From: an uncultured Clostridium sp.
Lineage (GTDB): Bacteria > Bacillota_I > Bacilli_A > RF39 > UBA660
Direction of reading: 5' to 3'
Length of the DNA: 64,000 nt
Assembly (NCBI GenBank): GCA_905193755.1
Contig: CAJJPX010000004.1
Span: 105 to 64,104 of the forward strand
In this document: positions 28,406 through 36,519 of the stretch, piece by piece
Layout of the letters: every line of letters starts with the position of its first letter
How positions within the stretch are numbered: position 1 is the stretch's first letter
Program-made: the position numbers and the translations under genes
The notes under the pieces: model-generated
What the model was told of the DNA's origin: nothing
The model's input: the letters and a program-made list of their open reading frames with translations, nothing else
Database searches by the model: none

Positions 28406-30154
28406 TTAATCTGCTGTCCATCTAGCTTCGAAATCAGATACGTCACATTTTAGATTTGACATTAAATTATTATATGTTTCCATTCCACCTGGTAGCATTT
28501 TCATTGCATTTAATGTTAATGATACACTACTTCTAATATCAGTTAAGCTCTTTTTTGCTTTAATCCAGTTTTGTGGACTAAATACTTTATTACCAGTTTG
28601 TGGTTCACTTGCTGCGGTTTGAAGTGCAATATTTAAACAATTGCCTGCCATATTGACAACATTTTCTAAAGACCCACTATTTTGTAATTTTTCTAAAGCA
28701 ACTACTGGATTGATAACTACTTCTCCAGGCACTCCATTAGCTACACTGAAAAACAATGAAATTGCATATAAATGATGGTATGGTGCATATGCTTTCATAG
28801 CCAGTAACGATTCATTTAAATCTAAAGGATTTGCTTTTGTCCATTTACTAATAACTTTTTTCCATAAAGTATTTAATGCCATTATTTTTTCAGGTTCATA
28901 ATCTTTTTTAAATAATTGATCAAAATATTTATCAAATATTTTAGTTGGACTATATGCAATATTTGGTCTTTGTGAATGCCATGTCATCAAATATTTTCCT
29001 AGTGCTTCTAGATCAATTGTGTAGTCTTCATCTTTTGATGGCAATCTTGTTTCACCACGTTTAGTCATTAATTGTCCATTGCTATATTTTTGTTCATATG
29101 CTTTTTTCATAGCAAGAACTCTTTTATCATTACTTCTTAAATCTCTTGCTTTAACTGTACTTTGTGAATTAGTATTTGTACTAATCTTATCTCCTGTTGC
29201 TCTATCTGGAACTTCATAGAATCTAAACATTACATAAGCATTGTTTTCTTCTTTTACTTTTTCACTACAAGATAAGATTGTATTTAATGATTGACATCCA
29301 TTGACTACATTAAGCTCTTTTAATGTCAATTTATTATCATTTAATTCCATTTTAGAACATATTGCAGTTATTCCATTATGATAAAAGAAAAAGTTATTAG
29401 GTTCTTCATATATTGATTCTTTAATTCCTTTATTTACTGGATTACTAATTCCAAGAGATTGTCTAACATTTTTCTTAAATAATGTTTGATCCTTTATTCC
29501 GGGAATATTAATGCATTCTTTTAATGGAATTGCAGCCATAATTACTTTAACACCACCAATATTCATTGATATACATTTATCAAGTTCTAAAGTCATTGTA
29601 TGAACTATATTTGGATTTTCTTGGCCAAGTGCTACATCATATCTTCTTTCTAATTCATCTTTATTTATTAGACTAAGTGTTGCTGAAAAATCATCTGATT
29701 TTGCTAATTGTTCTTGAAATACTTTAAGATCTTTTTGGGCGCTTTCTGTTAATTGTGATGGGATAAGTAGTTCAAACTCTATGTCATAATCATCTTCTAA
29801 TCCTCTTGCGACTTCTGATAGTTTTTGTCTTAGTTTCTCATTTGCATTTTCTTGTAATTTAACTATATTTTTTAATTGTATCCATGATGATAATACTTCT
29901 CTCAATGGTTCTGCATCTATCAGTTTTTCTCTATAAAATTTTCCTTGAATAATATGTATTATTGAATTAATTTCATCAATATAAATAGCATCGAATTGTT
30001 TGTCATTTGGGCCATCTGTAATACAATATTTTGCTTCATTTTCATCTAAATTATAAATATTTCTTAAATACCATGCAACGAACCTTTGCCCATCGTTTGG
30101 ATAATTATTTATATAATAATTATTTTTTATTTCATTTTCTATTTTTTCTATCAT
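28406..30154 (-). CDS. AIPR-family (abortive-infection phage-resistance) protein
   Basis: N-terminal nuclease-like block DGPNDKQFDAIYIDE...IIHIIQGKF, central YHNGITAI...VVNGCQSLNT, and a long helical C-terminus, as in the AIPR family. Confidence 0.8.
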   Translation of the reverse strand: MIEKIENEIKNNYYINNYPNDGQRFVAWYLRNIYNLDENEAKYCITDGPNDKQFDAIYIDEINSIIHIIQGKFYREKLIDAEPLREVLSSWIQLKNIVKLQENANEKLRQKLSEVARGLEDDYDIEFELLIPSQLTESAQKDLKVFQEQLAKSDDFSATLSLINKDELERRYDVALGQENPNIVHTMTLELDKCISMNIGGVKVIMAAIPLKECINIPGIKDQTLFKKNVRQSLGISNPVNKGIKESIYEEPNNFFFYHNGITAICSKMELNDNKLTLKELNVVNGCQSLNTILSCSEKVKEENNAYVMFRFYEVPDRATGDKISTNTNSQSTVKARDLRSNDKRVLAMKKAYEQKYSNGQLMTKRGETRLPSKDEDYTIDLEALGKYLMTWHSQRPNIAYSPTKIFDKYFDQLFKKDYEPEKIMALNTLWKKVISKWTKANPLDLNESLLAMKAYAPYHHLYAISLFFSVANGVPGEVVINPVVALEKLQNSGSLENVVNMAGNCLNIALQTAASEPQTGNKVFSPQNWIKAKKSLTDIRSSVSLTLNAMKMLPGGMETYNNLMSNLKCDVSDFEARWTAD

Positions 30155-30186
30155 TCTTGATACTCCTTTTTTCTTTTATATATATT

Positions 30187-30195
30187 ATTATATCA
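30187..30195 (-). promoter_or_regulatory. extended -10 element (TGATATAAT) upstream of the AIPR gene
   Basis: On the minus strand, TG-N-TATAAT lies about 33 nt upstream of the ATG, followed by SD AAGGAG. Confidence 0.45.
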
Positions 30196-30236
30196 CAATT
30201 AATTTAGTAAATATTTTTATTACTAAACTGAGCGAG

Positions 30237-30650
30237 TTATTTACTAATTATCTCAATCGTTGTTTTATCTCTTTTGCCATTATAAAATTTATCTATTACT
30301 TTTGAAAATATTTTTTCTTCTGGAAATGCATATTCAAATAGAGTCATACTTGAATTTAATTTTAAATAATCTGGATATCCCATTATATATTTAATATCTC
30401 CATCTTGTTTTAGTAGTTCATCACATATTTCTAACATATTATTTTTTAGATAAGAGTTACTCATATATTCTTTTGCTTCTTCTATTCCATCTAAACCATA
30501 GAATTTTGAAGTTAAACTTCTACCTAATTCTTTTAATTGTGGGAATATATACCACATCCAATGGCTTCTTTTATAACCATTTTTTATTTCTTGTAATGCA
30601 GTTTCATAGTATTCTTTATGCATTTCTATAAATCTATCTATATTATACAT
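30237..30650 (-). CDS. DUF1810-family protein
   Basis: Signature KRSHWMWYIFPQLKELGRS...GIEEAKEYM. The start is taken at MYNIDRF (30650). Confidence 0.8.
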   Translation of the reverse strand: MYNIDRFIEMHKEYYETALQEIKNGYKRSHWMWYIFPQLKELGRSLTSKFYGLDGIEEAKEYMSNSYLKNNMLEICDELLKQDGDIKYIMGYPDYLKLNSSMTLFEYAFPEEKIFSKVIDKFYNGKRDKTTIEIISK

Positions 30651-30652
30651 AA

Positions 30653-30826
30653 CTACCACCCATACCATTGATCAACGTCTGGATCTTCTGGACTATATTT
30701 ATTAACACATACTTCTTCCCCGTCATCACCATAATAACATTCTTGGTATGTTCTTCCACCTGCTGATGTTGAAGTGCATCCAATACATAACATCATAACT
30801 AATAAAAGTATAAATAGCTTTTTCAT
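30653..30826 (-). CDS. small putative lipoprotein (57 aa), absent from the ORF track
   Basis: My translation is MKKLFILLLVMMLCIGCTSTSAGGRTYQECYYGDDGEEVCVNKYSPEDPDVDQWYGW. SD GAGAGG lies 7 nt upstream. It has a K-K n-region, a hydrophobic core and a lipobox-like LCIGC. Its stop is 2 nt before the DUF1810 ATG. Confidence 0.5.
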   Translation of the reverse strand: MKKLFILLLVMMLCIGCTSTSAGGRTYQECYYGDDGEEVCVNKYSPEDPDVDQWYGW

Positions 30827-30844
30827 ATATTAACCTCTCACTTA

Positions 30845-33082
30845 TTACTGTTTATTATAACATATTTCTTTTATTTCATTAATAAAAACACTTTGCTTAG
30901 TTTCATCTTTATTAACAAGTAAATATACTTTATTCTTAGTTCTAGTAAGCGCTACATAGAATAATCTTCTTTCTTCAGCATAAGGTATTTTTTCTATAAC
31001 ACTCGGATATTTAAATAATGAATTAATCCAGTATGTGTCTTTATCACTAGATGGAAAACTTTTGTTAAGACCTATTACTATTACTTCATCAAATGTTAGT
31101 CCTTTAGATTTATGAATAGTCATTCCTTCTAATTCTATATCTTCATAACCAACAAATGATATTTTAGTACCAAGTTCATCTGTTAGATAATCAGTATCAA
31201 AGCATTTATTTATAATAGCATTCGTTCTTCCTAAAACTAGTATGTTATGATTAGGATTGTTCTTATAAATATCAAGTATTATTTCTTTTAGTTTGTCATA
31301 TTCGTGATCATTATCAAAGTATATGAATTCTATAGGCTTATCTATATGTTTATTTGAAATTAAATATTTCTTTATTTGATCTGGATTTCTCATTACAAAC
31401 TCACCAGATACATTTAGAAGTTCTTGACTATTTCTATAGGTTCTACTGATTCTAAATATTACTGCATCTTTAAAATATTTTTTAAAGTTGTATGTATATT
31501 CTATTCTTGAACCACTAAATGAATATATACTTTGCCAATCATCTCCAACTGCATATATCTTTGCATGATTTCTTTCGAGTGTCTTTCTTGCTAATTCATA
31601 TTTATATTGAGATATATCTTGATACTCATCAATTATTATATATTCAAAATTCAAATCATTATTTATGCCTATATTTTCTATATATTTATTTGCATAATAA
31701 AGTAAGTCAGAATAATCAAATTTATATACTTCAGAACCATATAACACACTTTGATAATAAACATAAAATTCATTAAAATAAATATATTCTTTTTTAGCTT
31801 CTTCTTTTTCATCAGTTAATGTTTCTATATAATTTTTAATAATGCTTTTATAATTTTCTCTGTTAACTGATTCTTTTATTACGTTCACTATTTCATAGAA
31901 GAAGTTCTTAAATGGATACATTATTGATAGTTTGTTATTATCAAGTATTCTTTCATATATTTCTTCATCAGTTCTAGGTTTATACTTAATACCAAATTCT
32001 TTCAATTTTTTATCTAATTCATTTTCTATATTTTCTAGTGGTACTTTATCTAATTCTATAAATTTATTATTATGTTCTTTATGAAATTTTATTTTTTGTT
32101 CTTTATTTTTATTATATTTTTCATCATCTAATCCAAAGTATTCTATATATATTTCTTCTCCGCCTATATCTATGGTAAAGTCTGGCTTATATATTTTTTT
32201 GTCATCCATAAGTTCAGTATATATTTTTTCATATGAATAGATTATTCCTATTTTATATAGAAAATTTGCAATTACTGCTTCTGATGCAGACTTTACATAT
32301 TCACCTTGTATAGTGATTATATCTTCATTATTGATTTTTCTCTCTATCCAATTATCTATGAATTCTTTGAGACCGATTGAAGTGTTTCTTGCTTCTTCTA
32401 TTTTATATTTTTTATATTCTTTTATTAGTTGTTCAAATGTATCATATTTTTCATAGTTTTGTAAGAACCATTTACTAAATACCCAAGACATACCTGTCCT
32501 ATTTATGTTAAATGTATTTATTATATCTTTTAACTTATTTTTGTCTTTAAAAATCATGCTAAAATAATTAAAGAATATTTCTTCTTTGTCATTATAATCT
32601 ATTACAGTGCATTTTCTATTACTGAATATGTTTCTAATGTATTCATATCCTAAGGAATGAAATGTTGTTATGTGTGCTGGTATATTGAAATCTACTAGTA
32701 TTCTCTTTTCTAGTTCCTCAGTAGCCTTTTTAGTATAACTCATTACTAATATTTTTGAAGGTTCTACTTTTTTAATGTCAACTAAATATTTTACTTTAGC
32801 TGTCATTGTTGTCGTCTTTCCTGTTCCAGCCCCTGCAATTATTAAAGCACTATCTTCATCACTTAGTATTGCTTTTATTTGTTCATCATCAAGTAATATG
32901 TTATCATCTATTCCCTTAAACATATTTTGAAAATAATCTTTGTATTTTTCTTTTATAGTTTCTAATACTTTATTGTTATGTTCTTCTATATTAAAACTTT
33001 GATATTCAGCTTTTACTAATTCATATATTCTATTTGATATATATTCATTATTCTTTATTTTATTTAAAAATTCCTCTCTCAT
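30845..33082 (-). CDS. UvrD/Rep (helicase IV-like) SF1 helicase with embedded PD-(D/E)xK-like module
   Basis: Walker A AGAGTGKTTT, motif II IIIDEYQDIS, then RTYRNSQE, TIHKSKGLTFDEV and FYVALTRTKNKVYLL. The insert at about aa 255-345 reads SASEAVIANFLYKIGIIYSYE...YKPDFTIDIGGEEIYIEYFG. Confidence 0.85.
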   Translation of the reverse strand: MREEFLNKIKNNEYISNRIYELVKAEYQSFNIEEHNNKVLETIKEKYKDYFQNMFKGIDDNILLDDEQIKAILSDEDSALIIAGAGTGKTTTMTAKVKYLVDIKKVEPSKILVMSYTKKATEELEKRILVDFNIPAHITTFHSLGYEYIRNIFSNRKCTVIDYNDKEEIFFNYFSMIFKDKNKLKDIINTFNINRTGMSWVFSKWFLQNYEKYDTFEQLIKEYKKYKIEEARNTSIGLKEFIDNWIERKINNEDIITIQGEYVKSASEAVIANFLYKIGIIYSYEKIYTELMDDKKIYKPDFTIDIGGEEIYIEYFGLDDEKYNKNKEQKIKFHKEHNNKFIELDKVPLENIENELDKKLKEFGIKYKPRTDEEIYERILDNNKLSIMYPFKNFFYEIVNVIKESVNRENYKSIIKNYIETLTDEKEEAKKEYIYFNEFYVYYQSVLYGSEVYKFDYSDLLYYANKYIENIGINNDLNFEYIIIDEYQDISQYKYELARKTLERNHAKIYAVGDDWQSIYSFSGSRIEYTYNFKKYFKDAVIFRISRTYRNSQELLNVSGEFVMRNPDQIKKYLISNKHIDKPIEFIYFDNDHEYDKLKEIILDIYKNNPNHNILVLGRTNAIINKCFDTDYLTDELGTKISFVGYEDIELEGMTIHKSKGLTFDEVIVIGLNKSFPSSDKDTYWINSLFKYPSVIEKIPYAEERRLFYVALTRTKNKVYLLVNKDETKQSVFINEIKEICYNKQ

Positions 33083-33204
33083 AACAGCACCCTACTATAA
33101 ATAGATTATAACAAAATCATAGTTTGTTTACCAGTACTATAAATAAAAATATAATGGATATAAAAACACTAATATATGATTTTATACTATTGTTCCTTTT
33201 AATT

Positions 33205-34047
33205 TTATTTTTTAAATAGTTCTTCTACAATTAAATCTTTTGAATGTAAGTTATTATTTTTTCCTAACAATAAATTTTCATAAAATTTAATTAAGAAACT
33301 ATTATCTTCTTTTATATTTAAATCATTATTAAAGTAGTTACTTCTTACTAAAGCGTTTCTAAAATATACCGATTTTTCTTTGAACATTGTGTTGTTAACA
33401 GAATATCCTAGTGATACTAAATATTTTTCTATGAATAATGCCGTAGTTCTAGTATTGCCTTCTCTAAAAGGGTGGATTTGCCATATGTTTGAAGAAAAGT
33501 TAGCTATATTATTAATTACATCAACTATATTCATTTCTTCATATTTTTTACTTTTTTCTAATGATATATCATAATCTAGTGATTGTTCTAATAACTTGTA
33601 ATCTCCATATGCTACTGAATCATTATTTAAAATTATTTCAGACTTTGAAAAATTTATTTTTCTAAACTCACCTGCAAACTCATAAACATCTTGAAATAAA
33701 AACTTATGAACATATTTTAAAAAGTCAATTGATAAATTAAAATTATCTTTATTTAATAGTTCAACTATTCTAGTGGATACAAAATCACATTCTAATTCAT
33801 TATGATCCACATTATTTTTACTTTCTTTCTCTGAATAATATTCTTTCAATTCTTTTTCAACTTCTTCAATTGTTAAATTGCCTTCCACTTCTTTTTCTAT
33901 TAGTTTTTCAAGATATTTAGATGGCTTTAAATTATCAACTTCTTGAAGTCCAATAGCCATATCCCATTGCAATTGTTTAACATAATTACTAGAATTATAT
34001 TCTTCTTTGTATTCATTAACACTTGAATCTAATTCTTCTTCGTACAC
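33205..34047 (-). CDS. Fic-family protein
   Basis: Fic motif HPFREGNTRTTA, a variant of HxFx(D/E)GNGRxxR. Confidence 0.85.
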   Translation of the reverse strand: MYEEELDSSVNEYKEEYNSSNYVKQLQWDMAIGLQEVDNLKPSKYLEKLIEKEVEGNLTIEEVEKELKEYYSEKESKNNVDHNELECDFVSTRIVELLNKDNFNLSIDFLKYVHKFLFQDVYEFAGEFRKINFSKSEIILNNDSVAYGDYKLLEQSLDYDISLEKSKKYEEMNIVDVINNIANFSSNIWQIHPFREGNTRTTALFIEKYLVSLGYSVNNTMFKEKSVYFRNALVRSNYFNNDLNIKEDNSFLIKFYENLLLGKNNNLHSKDLIVEELFKK

Positions 34048-34250
34048 TTTGTCACCTCCGTTGATAATATTATAACTTATTTTTTTTTGCTTGTCAGTAT
34101 TACTGACATAAAATATAACTTCGTTGTAAGCCGAAAAATATTTTTATTTTTGCTTCAAAGATATGATACATTTAAAATATTTGTAAAATACCACTTACTA
34201 TATTTTTATTATCTATTAATAATGTTATAATGCAGTTAGAGGAGATAGCT

Positions 34251-35063
34251 ATGAAAAAGAAAAAATATTTATTAATGTTAATTGTTTCATGTTTGTTATT
34301 ATCAGGATGTGGAAAAGAAAATACTAAAATGCTTGAAGGAATCAGTATTGAAGAAGGATGTTATGTTAATGAGAAAGATTCAGAACATCTAATGTGTTTC
34401 ACTGATAGTTCTTCAATGGATAGCGTTCTTTATAAAGATGGTATTTATTATAACGATAAATATTATCATACAACAATGCCTACTGAAAAAGAAAATTATT
34501 CTTATACTTTTAAAGTAGATGAAGGCGTAATCACTGTAACTTATTATAAAGACTCTAGTATACTTTATGGACAAGTTTGTACAGCAGCTTCTAATGATTC
34601 TATGAACTGTAATGAAATTGCTAATGTAACTGGAGAAACTGAAAATAATGAAGTCACTTATAAAAAGGTAGATAAAGAATTTAATAAAGACATTATTAAT
34701 AATTTACCTATTTATGAAAGAGATAGAGAATTTGAATTAAACTTCAATGGAACAAAAATAACTTGTAATATCACTAGAAATTACTCTATACTTGAAAAAG
34801 CTAGTGGTTCAGTAATTCAAGATTGTTTAAGTAATTATTATAATGAATTATATACTTGTACGCAATTAGATAAAACTGATAAATGGCAAATATATTCAGT
34901 AAGTGAAGTTAAGCAATATAGTGCTTCTGACTATACAAGTTATGTGATAAATAACTATAGCTATAATGTAACAGTGAATGAAACTAAATTTAGATATGTA
35001 GATGCTTTTCCTATAAATCCAATTACTTCTAAAGATAAAATGATTGTAAATATAACTAAGTAA
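34251..35063 (+). CDS. lipoprotein, function unknown
   Basis: MKKKKYLLMLIVSCLLLSGCGKEN has a lipobox LLSGC. SD GAGGAG and an extended -10 TGTTATAAT (34223-34231) lie upstream. Confidence 0.7.
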   Translation: MKKKKYLLMLIVSCLLLSGCGKENTKMLEGISIEEGCYVNEKDSEHLMCFTDSSSMDSVLYKDGIYYNDKYYHTTMPTEKENYSYTFKVDEGVITVTYYKDSSILYGQVCTAASNDSMNCNEIANVTGETENNEVTYKKVDKEFNKDIINNLPIYERDREFELNFNGTKITCNITRNYSILEKASGSVIQDCLSNYYNELYTCTQLDKTDKWQIYSVSEVKQYSASDYTSYVINNYSYNVTVNETKFRYVDAFPINPITSKDKMIVNITK

Positions 35064-35531
35064 TAAACACTAAATTATTCCCTTAACAATTTTTTCAATG
35101 CATTTCATTATTTCTTTACATGTTTATTTGAATAACTTCTATATTTCTTTCATTTTTAATCATAAAATTCATAATTTCACTTCTTTGTACATTCATACGG
35201 ACATTTTATGATTTATCCGTATGATAGTCAATGACATATAAACTGAAAAGTTAAAGATTTTTAGTTTAATTGTTAGAAATCAAATATTTTTAATTTAAGA
35301 ATTTTTAAGACTTCTTCTTAATAAGATTTGAAAAAAAAGAGAATTTGTGCTCGCTTAATAAAACTATTAATATTATTTTTATTTATTTATTTAAATACTG
35401 CTTCAAAATTAATTAATCTATTTTTGTAAAGTCCCCTAATGATGAAAAAGTATCCAAGAGAATTTACTATATTCCGATTCATAAATGTCATCTTTAATTC
35501 TTACATTAATGTGATATGTGTCCATGGTAAT

Positions 35532-35556
35532 TGTGCAACTGGTTGCACATTTTTTT
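35532..35556 (+). terminator. orphan terminator-like hairpin in the 613-nt gap
   Basis: TGTGCAA-CTGG-TTGCACA followed by T7. No convincing plus-strand gene or promoter lies upstream. Confidence 0.35.
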
Positions 35557-35676
35557 ATGATTAACATTAAAACTCATAAAAAATCCTGCCTCTATTGATT
35601 GTGTTTCATCTGATAAATATGAAATTATTTTTGTTAAGCAATATGTTAATTGTTCTGATGTACTCATTTAAATCTT

Positions 35677-36519
35677 CTATACTGCTACTGGCATTAATAT
35701 TTCTATAAATTCTTCTAAACATTTTATAGTTTCTTCGAATTCAAGATTTTTAGCATAGCTATTCTTTCTAGAATAGTTTGTCCATTTATCTCTTAATATC
35801 TTACTATTTTTAACTACATTTAAGTTCGTAATTAGATCTGCATTAAACTCTCTTTTTTTAAAAGTTTTTTCAACTGCACCTCTAAATTTAGTTTTATTAA
35901 TTTTATTAAATTTGAATTTATGAATTAAGTAAATATCATAATAATCTTTCATTCTACTGCTTGCATCTAACTTACTTAGTATACTTTCCATTTTTTCAGC
36001 AAGTACTGTTTCTAAATTATATGACCATACATTATATACTTCGTTTCCTATTAACGATTCATATTTATAATCATCTGGACCTGGATATATTGGATCCCCT
36101 GTTGCTATATCGATATGAAAACTATCTCTCATATTTTCTAACATAAATTTTATCGTAATTCTTAATCCACCATACTCATCTTCATCACGAATTGGTTCTG
36201 TTTTTTTAATTTCAAATTTAACATTATCATCTACATCTATATTTAAAATTTTTGTTATCATTTTAATAATATTTTCTTCAGTAAATTTTGTTTTTCTTAT
36301 TGCAGTATCAATATCCATGGTACTTCTATTGTCTAGGCCAAATAATTTACTCAAATAGAAACCACCTTTTAATATAAAGTTATCTCTATATTTACTTTTT
36401 GATAAGCGCTCAATAAATCTATCATACATGTAGAACCTCATAATAGAGTTAAAATCTATATTTTTTTCTTTAGAAATATTTCTAAGTTTATCCTTTACTG
36501 CTTGTGCGGAATTACTCAT
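35677..36519 (-). CDS. AbiEii/AbiGii-family nucleotidyltransferase toxin (type IV TA)
   Basis: N-terminus AVKDKLRNISKEKNIDFNSIMRFYMYDRFIERL and NTase motif LKGGFYLSKLFGLDNRSTMDIDTAI. It overlaps the upstream AbiEi gene by 8 nt. Confidence 0.8.
   Translation of the reverse strand: MSNSAQAVKDKLRNISKEKNIDFNSIMRFYMYDRFIERLSKSKYRDNFILKGGFYLSKLFGLDNRSTMDIDTAIRKTKFTEENIIKMITKILNIDVDDNVKFEIKKTEPIRDEDEYGGLRITIKFMLENMRDSFHIDIATGDPIYPGPDDYKYESLIGNEVYNVWSYNLETVLAEKMESILSKLDASSRMKDYYDIYLIHKFKFNKINKTKFRGAVEKTFKKREFNADLITNLNVVKNSKILRDKWTNYSRKNSYAKNLEFEETIKCLEEFIEILMPVAV

Noticed and set aside
35439-35564. A 41-aa plus-strand ORF (MMKKYPREFTIFRFINVIFNSYINVICVHGNCATGCTFFYD) with three Cys, considered as a RiPP or bacteriocin precursor.
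   Set aside because: It has no Shine-Dalgarno (the upstream sequence is CCCCTA). No maturation, export or immunity genes lie nearby. Its Cys codons are simply the arms of the terminator-like hairpin. It is kept only as part of the unexplained-gap finding.
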